Assembly (NCBI GenBank): GCA_965248575.1
Contig: CBDFJQ010000002.1
Location: 1,408,001-1,472,000 of the forward strand
Direction: 5' to 3'
Source: Planctomycetota bacterium
Lineage (GTDB): Bacteria > Planctomycetota > B15-G4
Length of the DNA stretch: 64,000 nucleotides
The translations under genes and the position numbers were made by a program. Shown here piece after piece: positions 1 through 9,733 of this stretch. The notes under the pieces are model-generated. The model was not told where the DNA came from. It searched no databases and was given only the letters and a program-made list of their open reading frames with translations. Position 1 is the stretch's first letter; each line of letters opens with the position of its first letter.

Positions 1-168
1 CCCCAGGATCAGCGTCGCGGCAAGGTCCACCCCATCGAGGGGCGGCACATCACCCAGGCGCCCCCAGAAGCTCATCCAGGGCCCCATGCGCACCACCAGG
101 GCTTCGAGCAATCCCCACACAGCGCCCCACACGAGCCCAGAGGCCAGGGCTTGGCGCAGCTGATTCAC
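1..168 (-). CDS. Partial CDS (5' end only), hydrophobic N-terminus, probable membrane protein running off the window
   Basis: Read by hand on the minus strand: GTG at 168, open to position 1 (MNQLRQALASGLVWGAVWGLLEALVVRMGPWMSFWGRLG...). Divergent from the ORF at 272. Not in the supplied ORF track because it has no stop in the window. Confidence 0.45.
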   Translation of the reverse strand, partial: MNQLRQALASGLVWGAVWGLLEALVVRMGPWMSFWGRLGDVPPLDGVDLAATLILG

Positions 169-271
169 AGGTCACTCCAGGGGGAACCGATCGCGCATCG
201 TAGATCCTTGGGCGGGGCCAGACTACGGCGCGCTAGAGAGCAGCTCCTCTCGACTGATAACCTCCCCCAGC

Positions 272-3200
272 ATGAGTGAGGGGCACGACCGACATATGCG
301 CCGCAACAGCATGCCGTTGCTCCTGTCCATCACGGGGCTGGTGTCCGCTCTGGTCTGGCCAGGGAGCGTGCTGGCCTGGCTGCCTCTGCTGCTCTGCCCG
401 GGCTGGGGTCTGGCCAGGCTCGTCTCCGTCATCGACCGGAACTTTGGAGTTCTCGGTTCTGCCCTGTGCCTCTCCCCGCTCGTCCTGGGCTCCCTGACCC
501 TCGTGAGTGCTGCCGCGGGCTGGCCGTCCGACCGGCTGGCCCTGGCCGTCCACATCACGTCGGTGGGCCTGTGCCTGCTGGGCCGCATCCGGCTCGCCGT
601 CTACGACCGCTGGCTGGGGCGCCAACCTCCCATCGACGGGCCCATGCCCTGGTGGCCGGAGAAGCTCTGGGTCTGCGTGACGATCGTCGTGGTTGCCGTC
701 GCCGCCGGAGCCGAGGTGGTCCCCCTGGACGAGGCTGCGGCCGGATCTCCCCGGCTCGTGGTGGCCAGCGAGGCGTTGGCCTGGCTGCAGGGCGCCGAGG
801 ATCCCATGCACGCCGGCCGGCCCTTGCCCATGGGCTCGCTCCTTTCCGGCGCCTCTGCGGCCCTGGCGGCGGGTGCCGGCTTGCACCCGCTGGAGTCCAC
901 GCAGTTGCTCTCGTGGTCAGCCCTCGTGGCCTGCCTGGTCCTGGCGGCGGAGAGCATCTCGCGACTTTGGGGCAATCGGGGCGCGGTGCTTGCGATGGCG
1001 GCAGTTCTGTTGGGGCTGAACCCGTTGGCCCTCGCCTTCCTGTTGGGCTCCGACGGTGTGCGCATCGACTCGCAACACCTCACCGCGGACTTCTCCCCCC
1101 AGCTCACCACGGCTATCGCTCCCTTCCTGGACGCAGCACCGCTGGCGCTGGCCCTGGCCTTCACGGCCATGCTGCTCTCGTCGACCCTCTCGATCCTTCG
1201 GCGCTCCAGCTATCACGTGCCACGACTCGCTGGCCTGGCAACCCTGGGCCTCGTGCTGACGGACGCCCGCGCGGCGCTGCTGCTGCTGCCCGGTTGGTTC
1301 GCTGGCCTGGCCCTCGCGCACCTCGCGTGCCGGGACAGCAAGGACAACGACCCGCAGCTCAACTCCAGTGTGCGCCGCCCGGGCGAACCGCTCATCCTCC
1401 GGGCTCCCTTCTGGAGACCCGCGCTGCACATCGCGTTGGGCGCGGCCGTGGGTTTCGCGCTCGTGGACCTCCCGACCTACGACGTGCAGCTTTCGCGCGT
1501 CGTGGTCTGGGGCTTGGTGGCCGCCGTGGGCCCGGGCTGCATCCTGTTCATGCCTGGGATTCGCCACCTGAACGCCAGCCCAGGGCGCGAGGCGTACTTC
1601 TTCCTGCCCGCGGTGGCGGTCGCCGCGCTGTTGGGGATGACGGTGCAGTTCGATGGCGACCAAGGCAATCTGGTGGTGCGCTTGCTGGCCCTCGTACTCG
1701 CCGTCCCCGCGGCCAACGGCGCCATGAAGGTCATCGAGCTGCACGGCCTGCGCGCCACACTGCTGTTGATCTTCCTGACCTTGATCACGCTGCCTGGTCC
1801 GCTCGTCGTCCTCCGTGAAGCTCGCGACACAGCGCGACCGCTGCACTGCGTGGACCACGACTCGGTGCGCTGGGCCGAGTTGGATGAGGGCATCGCCAGT
1901 GCCCTCGCCCTGGTTCACGAGCGCAGCACCCAGGACGCCGTGCTGATCCTGGACGAGCTCCCGGACGCCCACGACTTGTACGCGCTGTATCTCTTGTCAG
2001 GGCGTCCACTGGTGACCATCCCGAAGTCCACCCTGCTCGACAGCAGCAACGCCTATCAGCGTCAACCCGAGACACTCTCCCGCCCCGAGCGCACAGGCTC
2101 CCGGCGCGATCTCGTGAGCCGCCTCTCCCACGGTGATGGAACGGCACTCGCCCGCCTGCGCGGCAGTCGCGGCCTGCAGGGGCGGGAGATGTGGGCTGTG
2201 CACGAAGGGGACAGCTGGCCCGGCTTCCACCCCCAGCGCCAGGCCAGTGCATTGTTGGTGGAGCGCGCCGAACTGCCGGACATCGTGCTCGTCACCATCT
2301 CGAGCCTGCGTGTGGACCGGGTCAACGCGGACTCCATGCCGGCCCTCGATGCCCGCAGCAAACAAGGCCTGCTGTTCGAGACAGCCATCACGCCAACGCC
2401 CAGCACGGGGCCGGGGCTCGCCAGCTTGCTTTCCGGCCTCTCCCCCGTGGAGCACGATGTGCGCGACGACGGCCGGCGCCTCTCCGCGGACATCCCAGGC
2501 TTGCAGCGACAACTCGCACTACGGGGTTACCGCTCCTCCGCCGTGGTCGCCCTGGGGTCCGACTCCGGATTGCTCAGGGGCTTTGAACAGGTGCGCGCTG
2601 AGTCGACTCTCGATGCGGAGCATTTGGTGGACCTAGCCACTCAACAACTGAGCCTGGCCGACCCCCGCCCTGTGTTTCTCTGGGTGCACTTCTCGGACCT
2701 GGAGCTGCCCTTCGAGGTTCCAGAGCACGCTCGCACGGCAATCACCGGTCCACACGACTTCCCCGACAGCTCGAATCTCGACGCGACGCGCTACGGCGTC
2801 GCTCCCTTTCCTCCCTCGGCGAATCACAGGGGAGAGGTGGATCTCAAGACGGGCGTGGCGCAATACGACGCCTTGGTGGGCATGGTCGACCGGGAGTTGG
2901 GCCGCCTGCTGCAGTCCATTCCGGAAGACGACCTGCTCGCGGTCACGGCCCCCCACGGCACCAGCCTGTCCGAGCACGGCGCCTACTTCATGCACGGCCC
3001 CGACCTCTTCGAACCGTCCATCCATGTTCCGCTGATCGTCGTCGGCGGTGGCATGCCCGTCAGTCGCAGCGGCAGCCTCACGAGCCTCGAGGACATTCCC
3101 GACCTGTTGCTCATGGGCCGGCTCCCTGTTCGCGAACGGGTGATGCTCGAAAGCGCGTGGCGCCCCGGTCTGGGCACCGGCGCCGCCTATCCGGCGGACA

Positions 3201-3430
3201 TCGACCCGACGGCACGCGGAGCGGCGCGGCGCATCTGGGGCGAGCGTTCGGCCACCGGCAAGACCTTGTTGACGATCAAACCGGATGCCGGTCAAGGCGC
3301 GCGCGGGCTCCGCTTTGATCTTGCGGCTGATCCGGATGAACTCCACGGCCAGGCGGCTGACCCCTTCGCCTTGCGACGGGTGGACACCTGGCGCAGACGC
3401 GGCCGACCGGCGAGCGTTGATCTGCCGTAG
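272..3430 (+). CDS. Polytopic membrane protein with C-terminal sulfatase/alkaline-phosphatase-superfamily domain (active site appears degenerate)
   Basis: 1052-aa ORF. The first ~520 aa contain many hydrophobic helices. The C-terminus has sulfatase-fold motifs (PDIVLVTISSLRVD, FLWVHFSD, YDALVGMVDRELGRLL, VTAPHG, HVPLIV). Start could be ATG 311. Confidence 0.75.
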   Translation: MSEGHDRHMRRNSMPLLLSITGLVSALVWPGSVLAWLPLLLCPGWGLARLVSVIDRNFGVLGSALCLSPLVLGSLTLVSAAAGWPSDRLALAVHITSVGLCLLGRIRLAVYDRWLGRQPPIDGPMPWWPEKLWVCVTIVVVAVAAGAEVVPLDEAAAGSPRLVVASEALAWLQGAEDPMHAGRPLPMGSLLSGASAALAAGAGLHPLESTQLLSWSALVACLVLAAESISRLWGNRGAVLAMAAVLLGLNPLALAFLLGSDGVRIDSQHLTADFSPQLTTAIAPFLDAAPLALALAFTAMLLSSTLSILRRSSYHVPRLAGLATLGLVLTDARAALLLLPGWFAGLALAHLACRDSKDNDPQLNSSVRRPGEPLILRAPFWRPALHIALGAAVGFALVDLPTYDVQLSRVVVWGLVAAVGPGCILFMPGIRHLNASPGREAYFFLPAVAVAALLGMTVQFDGDQGNLVVRLLALVLAVPAANGAMKVIELHGLRATLLLIFLTLITLPGPLVVLREARDTARPLHCVDHDSVRWAELDEGIASALALVHERSTQDAVLILDELPDAHDLYALYLLSGRPLVTIPKSTLLDSSNAYQRQPETLSRPERTGSRRDLVSRLSHGDGTALARLRGSRGLQGREMWAVHEGDSWPGFHPQRQASALLVERAELPDIVLVTISSLRVDRVNADSMPALDARSKQGLLFETAITPTPSTGPGLASLLSGLSPVEHDVRDDGRRLSADIPGLQRQLALRGYRSSAVVALGSDSGLLRGFEQVRAESTLDAEHLVDLATQQLSLADPRPVFLWVHFSDLELPFEVPEHARTAITGPHDFPDSSNLDATRYGVAPFPPSANHRGEVDLKTGVAQYDALVGMVDRELGRLLQSIPEDDLLAVTAPHGTSLSEHGAYFMHGPDLFEPSIHVPLIVVGGGMPVSRSGSLTSLEDIPDLLLMGRLPVRERVMLESAWRPGLGTGAAYPADIDPTARGAARRIWGERSATGKTLLTIKPDAGQGARGLRFDLAADPDELHGQAADPFALRRVDTWRRRGRPASVDLP

Positions 3431-3452
3431 CCATGCCCTCTGCCGACGGGCC

Positions 3453-3555
3453 GGCTGGATCTGTCTTTGGACAGCAGATCTGCTGCTCAGACAACGAGGC
3501 AAACGGACGCCTCGAAAACTCGCCTCAGATCTGCTGTCCAAAGACAGATCCAGCC
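3453..3555. repeat. Perfect 30-bp inverted repeat with 43-bp spacer (REP/REPIN- or MITE-like element, or bidirectional terminator)
   Basis: ggctggatctgtctttggacagcagatctg (3453-3482) is the exact reverse complement of cagatctgctgtccaaagacagatccagcc (3526-3555). It lies between two convergent genes. Confidence 0.9.
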
Positions 3556-3571
3556 TCATCGGTAAGAGGCT

Positions 3572-5464
3572 TCAGGCTTCGGTCCAGGTCTTCTTCCAGC
3601 TGCCTTGGACGGTCAGGGTGACGGGAGTGCCGGCGGCGCGTAGCTCCACCAGGTGGCCCCGTTTCGTGAGGTCGGCGCCATCGGCCTGGACGTCCACGTC
3701 CTGGAGTGCGACCGGGAGTTGGTAGCGCGCGAGGCCGTGGACATTCTCCAACCTCAAGACGTCCGTCAGGCGCACGCGATCCTCTTCGAACGTGTAGTGG
3801 CGTTCCGTGCCGGTGCCGGGGACCCGCTGGCCCCGACCATCCGCCAGCGCCCCTTTGAAGGTGACGGACTGGCCGTCGAACTCATGCTCGGTCTGGATGT
3901 CCTGGTGCGCGGCGCACCAGGGGCTCGACTCCTGCACGCTGCGCACGAGGACGTGCCGCCAGGGGTAGGCCAGGCCGCGCAGCAGACCGTGGCGCGCCTT
4001 CAGTTCGATGCTGGTGACGTAGAGTCGGAAGCGGACGTCGCTCTTCTCTGCCTTCAGCCAGCGCACCCAGCGTGCGGTACGGGACCCAGCTTTCGACGGG
4101 CGCAGGAGAAAGCTCCCGGGTCGCTCACGCTGGAAGCGCACGCGCGGCACGTCTTCCCGGCCTGGTGTGCGACCGTCGCTGGCCCATACCAGGGACTGCA
4201 GGCTTCCGCCGCCCAGGTCGCACCCGAACAGGTTGCTTGCCCCCAGGCTCTTGCCACGCAAGATTGCGGTGTAGGCGATGCGCTCCACGTGCAGCAGGCC
4301 CGAGTGCGCCAGGTCGATCGTCATGGGTTCGCGCGGGGCAGCGCGCAAGGACACATCGGACAGGACCCTCGCCGCCCAGGCGGCGTGCCCCGTCCAGAAG
4401 ATGCGGCACTGGAAGTTCACACCGGCGCCGTGATGGCTGTCTGCGCCTCCGTCCAGGGGATCGATGTGGGCGACCCACTCCTCCATGGCGCGACCGGCTT
4501 CATTGGCGAACATCGGTTCGTTCAACACCCGAGAGCCCGTCTGCAGCGCGTACGCGTCAAAGGGGTGGCTGGCGACTTCGTAGGCGCTGACCCAGTACCA
4601 GGCCTTGGCCTCGTTGTGCAGGACCTTCCGACCGAGCCCATCCCGGAAGGCCACAAGCGCCCGCAAGCTGGTCGTCAAGCGCTCGCGAGCCCAGTCACTC
4701 AGGCTGGCATCCACACCCTCCATCCGCTCCAGCACCTCGTGCACATAGAGCACGAAGCCCGGCGTCCGGGAGTGGTAGAAGGTCGAGGTGTCTGCCAACC
4801 CTGGATGGGTGCAGTGGTCCGTGTGCGCAGGGATGTACGGGGCCACCCCGTCCGGGGCCAACTCAGCGAGGGCTGACGCACAGCCCGTGAGAGCATCTTG
4901 CGCCCAGTCCTTGCGCCCCAAGCAGCGCGCGGCGCGGGCCACGCCCGTGGCCGCCCACAGGCGCTGCGCGGTAATAGGCCGCTCCCGAGCGGCATGCCTC
5001 AGATAACCCTCAACGTGTCGTTCCAAAGCATCCCGGCAGCGGGCCGTCTCGGATTCATTGAACAGCTCCGGCACGTCCTCCAGCAGCGTGGCGATGGAGT
5101 CCGCGCACGCCCCGCCATCAATGGCATTGGTCGACGCGTTGCGGTGGTCAATGCGTCCCGGAAGGAAGACGGGCACCTTGCTCTGGGGGTCCAGACCCAG
5201 GTGATCCACGCTGCGGAGCACCTGGCGCTTGCCGCGCTCGAGGAACTCCTCCTCGCGCGTGTTGCGCCAGGCCTCGAGGTTGATCACCGCGCCATACGTC
5301 AGCTTCCCCGTGTGCTCCACCCGATGGCGCGGGCACAGGCATTCGCCGTCGGGGCCCGTGTACTTCTCGAAGAAGTTGGACAGGCCCCGCAGGATCCCCA
5401 AGCGCAGTTGCACGTGATTCTTCATGCGCGTCTTGCCGCTACCAGGCGCAGGAGAAAGGCTCAC
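3572..5464 (-). CDS. Hypothetical protein (helical N-terminal region, beta-rich C-terminus), last gene of the glycosyltransferase operon
   Basis: 630-aa ORF whose start overlaps the upstream glycosyltransferase stop (5461-5464). No motif I can assign with confidence. Confidence 0.7.
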   Translation of the reverse strand: MSLSPAPGSGKTRMKNHVQLRLGILRGLSNFFEKYTGPDGECLCPRHRVEHTGKLTYGAVINLEAWRNTREEEFLERGKRQVLRSVDHLGLDPQSKVPVFLPGRIDHRNASTNAIDGGACADSIATLLEDVPELFNESETARCRDALERHVEGYLRHAARERPITAQRLWAATGVARAARCLGRKDWAQDALTGCASALAELAPDGVAPYIPAHTDHCTHPGLADTSTFYHSRTPGFVLYVHEVLERMEGVDASLSDWARERLTTSLRALVAFRDGLGRKVLHNEAKAWYWVSAYEVASHPFDAYALQTGSRVLNEPMFANEAGRAMEEWVAHIDPLDGGADSHHGAGVNFQCRIFWTGHAAWAARVLSDVSLRAAPREPMTIDLAHSGLLHVERIAYTAILRGKSLGASNLFGCDLGGGSLQSLVWASDGRTPGREDVPRVRFQRERPGSFLLRPSKAGSRTARWVRWLKAEKSDVRFRLYVTSIELKARHGLLRGLAYPWRHVLVRSVQESSPWCAAHQDIQTEHEFDGQSVTFKGALADGRGQRVPGTGTERHYTFEEDRVRLTDVLRLENVHGLARYQLPVALQDVDVQADGADLTKRGHLVELRAAGTPVTLTVQGSWKKTWTEA

Positions 5465-6507
5465 GGGAGACGCCTCATGTCCGCAACAAGACGTGGTACG
5501 AGCTTGTCGAGATCGTGTTCGGCCAAGACGCGCCCACGGAGTTCCTGCCCCAGCGACTCCCGATCGCCTGGGGACAGGGAGAGCAGGCGCTCCAGGCGCA
5601 TGGCCAGGCCTTGGATATCACCCTTCGAGAACATCAGCGTCGCCGCCAGCTCGGGGCCGAGCACCCGTTCAAAGGACTCGTTGCAGGTCAGCACAGGTGT
5701 CTCGCACGCCATGGCCTCGAGCACGACCTTGTCCACGCTGCCGGTGCGACTGGCGTTGACCAGGACTCGAGCCCGACGCATCACGTCGGCAATGTGGGGA
5801 TAGCTCACAGCCCCCAGCAGCCGCACGCCACCCAAGGCAGCCGCCTGGTGCCCCAAGCTCGAACGGTAGGAGACATCCCGATCGAGAAGGACATCTCCAG
5901 CGATCTCCACCTGCGTTTCGCCATCGAGCAGACTCACCGCCTCAAGGATCTCGTGGTGCCCCTTGCTCGGCGCCAGACGCCCTACCGACAGTACATCCAC
6001 GGGGCGCAAGGCATCACCCGGCCCGAAGTGTTCACAGTCGATGCCGTGGCCGGTGACCACGCGCTTGTCTGTGGCCGAGGCCAAGCGGAAGGACTCCTCG
6101 GAAGCGCTGAACACCCTGCGCACCAAAGGCACGGCCATCTTGAGCGCCCGATCCACCCCCTTGTGCGTGTACCAGAGGTAGAGGGGAATCCTGCGGGGAA
6201 CCGTGACGGGCGCGGCGTAGAGAACGAACTTGGGCACCATGTGCGCCAAGAGCGCGTCCGGCCGTCGCTCACCTCGAAGCCCCATCAGCACGCGGACCAG
6301 CCGGGCCTCCATGGCGAGCAGGCCCGCCCCCCGCTCCTTGCCCAGCGACCGGACCTCGACGTTGGCGGGTAGCTGGGTGTCCCCGACCCGCTGAGCGATG
6401 ACCGTGAGCTGCTCCACATTCTGGGCGAAGGATTCGCACCAGCGATGGAAGAAGCCCAGAACGGCATCCTGCCGGTCGAGCACTTGCGTCAGGAGGACGA
6501 TGTGCAT
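5461..6507 (-). CDS. Glycosyltransferase family 4 (GT-B fold)
   Basis: Motifs GHGID, SVGRLAPSKG and GSVDKVVLEAMACETPVL. Confidence 0.9.
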   Translation of the reverse strand: MHIVLLTQVLDRQDAVLGFFHRWCESFAQNVEQLTVIAQRVGDTQLPANVEVRSLGKERGAGLLAMEARLVRVLMGLRGERRPDALLAHMVPKFVLYAAPVTVPRRIPLYLWYTHKGVDRALKMAVPLVRRVFSASEESFRLASATDKRVVTGHGIDCEHFGPGDALRPVDVLSVGRLAPSKGHHEILEAVSLLDGETQVEIAGDVLLDRDVSYRSSLGHQAAALGGVRLLGAVSYPHIADVMRRARVLVNASRTGSVDKVVLEAMACETPVLTCNESFERVLGPELAATLMFSKGDIQGLAMRLERLLSLSPGDRESLGQELRGRVLAEHDLDKLVPRLVADMRRLP

Positions 6508-7769
6508 GACGGCGCAGCATGACCGCTGTTCGCCATGGTCTCCAGCCCGGTCTCCAGGCCACTTTCCCGCACGGCTCTCAGCGCCTCATCGGTCACCAGG
6601 TCGGGGTCGATGGGAATCACCGACCCGCCCATGACCTCGGCGTAGATTTCTGCGAGGCGAGCCGCCACGGCCTGGGCCGTCATCTGGGGTCGCGGACGCA
6701 GGCGTGCAGCGGCCCCCATCGCCTGCCGCAGCTCGGGCTCCGCCGCCAGTCTTTCCAGCCCGGCTGCCAGACCGTTCACGCTGTCGGCTTCCGCGAGCAG
6801 GCCGTCCACACCGTGTCGAACCAACTCGGGCACTCCACCCACGGCACTGGCCACGACGGGCACACCCGCCTCCAAGGCTTCAACCAGGACTTGCGGCAAG
6901 CCCTCCCGGCGCGACGACTGCAGGAGCATGTCCAAGGCTCCGTAGACATCCCCCAACTGGGCCCGCCCCGGCAGGTGAAGGGCCCCCGGCAAGCCAGACA
7001 GCTGGTCACGGGCAGACTGATTGCCGCTCCCTTCGCCCACGACGAGCAGGCGCAGCGGTGCCCCTGCGGCCCGTGCCCGCCCGACCGCCTGCACGGCGAG
7101 GGGCAGGTTCTTCACCGGTTCCAGGCGACCGACCCAACCCACCAGCAGCTCGTCGGGGCGGACTCCCAGTTCTTCCCGCAACGCCGCCCCCGCAAGCTGG
7201 TCGGGCGCGGTCCGTTGGGCGTCGATGCCCGGAGGGATGATGGCGTATTGATCCCGGCGACCGACGTGGTGTTGGTCCACCAACTCGTCGCGCACGGCCT
7301 CGGCCACGGCGATCAGCTTGTCCGTGCGGCGGGCCAGATAGGATTCCGTCAGCGCGAAGGCCCGCGACGTCAGGCTGCCGAAGTAGCCCGAGAGAACGTG
7401 CCCATGGTAGGTGTGTACCCGACGGGGAGCGGGGTGCAGGGCTCCCGCCGCCAGCCGGCCGAGAACCCCGGCCTTGGCAGTGTGGGTGTGGACGAGAGCG
7501 GGTTTCACCTCACGCACCAGCCGACGCAGCGCCACGGCCGCCGCGATGTCCTGCCGAGGGCGCACGGCCCGGCCCAACTCGGGAATCACGTGCACGCGCA
7601 TGCCCGCCTCGCGGGCCTCATCAATCAGGTCGGCTTCACCCTCTTCGACGGAACCCGTGGCCAGGACCGTGCGCCAGCCGTGACAGCGCAAGGGTGCCGT
7701 GACCCGGATCACATGGCGCGCCGGCCCACCCATGTTCAGGCGAGCGATGACGCGCAACAGCTCAGGCAT
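6489..7769 (-). CDS. Glycosyltransferase family 4 (GT-B fold)
   Basis: Motifs IARLNMGGPARHV, VHTHTAKAGVLGR, HTYHGH, VGRLEPVKN and EGLPQVLVEALEAGVPVV. Confidence 0.92.
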   Translation of the reverse strand: MPELLRVIARLNMGGPARHVIRVTAPLRCHGWRTVLATGSVEEGEADLIDEAREAGMRVHVIPELGRAVRPRQDIAAAVALRRLVREVKPALVHTHTAKAGVLGRLAAGALHPAPRRVHTYHGHVLSGYFGSLTSRAFALTESYLARRTDKLIAVAEAVRDELVDQHHVGRRDQYAIIPPGIDAQRTAPDQLAGAALREELGVRPDELLVGWVGRLEPVKNLPLAVQAVGRARAAGAPLRLLVVGEGSGNQSARDQLSGLPGALHLPGRAQLGDVYGALDMLLQSSRREGLPQVLVEALEAGVPVVASAVGGVPELVRHGVDGLLAEADSVNGLAAGLERLAAEPELRQAMGAAARLRPRPQMTAQAVAARLAEIYAEVMGGSVIPIDPDLVTDEALRAVRESGLETGLETMANSGHAAPSCTSSS

Positions 7770-8688
7770 GTTGAAGCGCCTGCTTCAGGATGTCGTCCAG
7801 GGCCCAACGCGGCCGGAAGTCGATGCGGCGTCGCAAGGCCTTCAGGTGGGGTGCCCGGCGCGGCAAGTCCTCACGGCCTGCTTCGGCTGGTGTGCACGTC
7901 ACGCGCGCGCCGCGTCCAGCCAACTCCGCCATGCGCTGGGCCAGACCTGCAATGCTCGTGCGCTCTTCGGAACCCAGCTCGATGACTTCGAAGCCTTCCG
8001 CCAGGGGTGCTCGCAGCAGTGACAGGGTCGCCGAGACGCAATCATCCACGTGCAGGAAGGAACGCTGCTGGACGCCCGTGCCGTGCACCGGCATCTCCTG
8101 GCCAGTGCGGGCGGCGACGGCCATGGCCGGCAGGACCATCCCGGGAGCGCATTGTCCAGGCCCCACGATGTTGAACGGGCGCACGATGGTGACCGGCACC
8201 CCACCGGGTTGAGCCGCTTGCTCCGACAGGAGGGCTTCCGCCGCACGCTTTGCTTCGGCGTAGATGGAGCGCGGCCCCCGCCGCCCAGCATCTGTCACTT
8301 CGCTGGTGGAGAAGAAGAGCAGCGGAGCGCCCGCCCTGCGGGCAACAGCCAACGCGACGTCCGTCCCCTCAAGAATCACGGAGCCGGTGCGGGCGGGGTC
8401 GGCCAGAACAGCCTCCACGCCCACCACGGAAGCGAGGTGTACCACCGCATGCACACGGGTGGCACCGTTCATGTCAGCGGCGAACGCCCCCGCGGCCGTC
8501 TCCACGGGTGCCTGTCGCCGGACGTCCCCCACGTGGACCCGCAAGTGCGGGTGCTCTGGAAGCGGCAAGCTGCTGGGAGCCGAGAAGTCATCCAGGACGC
8601 TGACCCGGTCGCCAGCCTGCAAGAGCCGGCGCACCAAGTGCGTGCCGATGAACCCAGCACCTCCGGTGACGAGCAACGTACGTGTCAT
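7762..8688 (-). CDS. NAD-dependent nucleotide-sugar epimerase/dehydratase (extended SDR)
   Basis: VTGGAGFIG Rossmann motif, STSEV, YAEAK (YxxxK), RPFNIVGP and QRSFLHVDD. Confidence 0.9.
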   Translation of the reverse strand: MTRTLLVTGGAGFIGTHLVRRLLQAGDRVSVLDDFSAPSSLPLPEHPHLRVHVGDVRRQAPVETAAGAFAADMNGATRVHAVVHLASVVGVEAVLADPARTGSVILEGTDVALAVARRAGAPLLFFSTSEVTDAGRRGPRSIYAEAKRAAEALLSEQAAQPGGVPVTIVRPFNIVGPGQCAPGMVLPAMAVAARTGQEMPVHGTGVQQRSFLHVDDCVSATLSLLRAPLAEGFEVIELGSEERTSIAGLAQRMAELAGRGARVTCTPAEAGREDLPRRAPHLKALRRRIDFRPRWALDDILKQALQHA

Positions 8689-8847
8689 GAATGGCCTTGG
8701 ACGAAGAAGGGGCTGCTCATCGTCCCACTGCCCCCGTCCTGATTTCCAGCCTTCTTCACGCTGCCACGACTCGTGGGGTGCTGGGCCTTGCCCGGGGCCA
8801 AGCCGTCCAGGACCTCAGAGCCCGCCTGGGACAGGACCCAGCCCCTG

Positions 8848-9543
8848 TCAGACCCGACTGGCGTGGGCCTGGACGAAGACGGCAACAGCTCCAAGCCAAT
8901 CCGGCATGGGCCCCAACTCCCGTTCATCCCGCTTGCGTCGCGCGAAGGAGTGATCCCCGCCAGGAATGAGCAGGAGTTCCGCCCTGCTGAGTCCGCCGAC
9001 CACGGCCTCGAGTCGCTCCAAGTTGGCCAAGGGGTCGCGGGTCCCGGAGATGAACAACTGAGGCACCGACACCTCGGAAAGATGATCCGCCCGTTCTTTG
9101 CCTGGCTGGCCCGCAGGGTGCAGGGGATAGCCCAGGTAGACAGCCGCCCGCACCTGGGGTGCCCGGCCCGCCGCCAACACCATCGAAGCCACGCGCCCGC
9201 CCATGGACTTGCCAGCCATCACGAGCGGGCCTGCACCCGCCATCTTTCCGACCCGGTCGAGAATCGCGCACCACGTGTCCAACAGCAAGGGAGCCCGGTC
9301 CGGCGGACGGCGACTCCCGTCATCCACTCGCTGCTGCATGTAGGGGAAGTGGAAACGCACGACGCAGAATCCGCGCCGCTCGAGCTCCTGGGCAGTGGAC
9401 TCCATGAAGGGGCTGTCGAGTGCAGCACCCGCGCCGTGTGCCAGCACCAGCACCGGGCGTCCATCCAAGCTGCCTTGGCGCCGCCAGGCCGCGGGCCGCC
9501 CAGCAACCTGGAGACTGCCTCTCGATGTGCGCGCCATGATCAT
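8848..9543 (-). CDS. Alpha/beta-fold hydrolase (dienelactone hydrolase/KANL3-Tex30-like)
   Basis: LAHGAGA, GKSMGG nucleophile elbow, LGYPLHP, GTRDPL and GGDHSF give a Ser-Asp-His triad. The ORF track extends to 9669; the true start is uncertain and probably near 9543. Confidence 0.85.
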   Translation of the reverse strand: MIMARTSRGSLQVAGRPAAWRRQGSLDGRPVLVLAHGAGAALDSPFMESTAQELERRGFCVVRFHFPYMQQRVDDGSRRPPDRAPLLLDTWCAILDRVGKMAGAGPLVMAGKSMGGRVASMVLAAGRAPQVRAAVYLGYPLHPAGQPGKERADHLSEVSVPQLFISGTRDPLANLERLEAVVGGLSRAELLLIPGGDHSFARRKRDERELGPMPDWLGAVAVFVQAHASRV

Positions 9544-9733
9544 GGCCCTCGTCATTCCGTGTCGGGCAGCCCGACATACAGGAAGCCTCTGACATCCAGG
9601 GCCCCCCGGACATGCAGAAGCCCCCCGAAGCATGGGCGCTTCGAGGGGCTTCGTGTGTCGAGCCCGCACGCCGTGGGCGTGATGCGCTCAACTCATGCTC
9701 TGTTCGATTCGGAGCGAAACGCCCCGAACAGGA

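Noticed and set aside
8685..8927. 80-aa ORF bridging the hydrolase and epimerase genes, and a weak ops-like 11-mer (gtggcagcgtg, minus strand, about 8757-8767)
   Set aside because: The ORF overlaps the hydrolase and lacks protein-like features. The ops-like match has two mismatches and is likely chance in GC-rich DNA.
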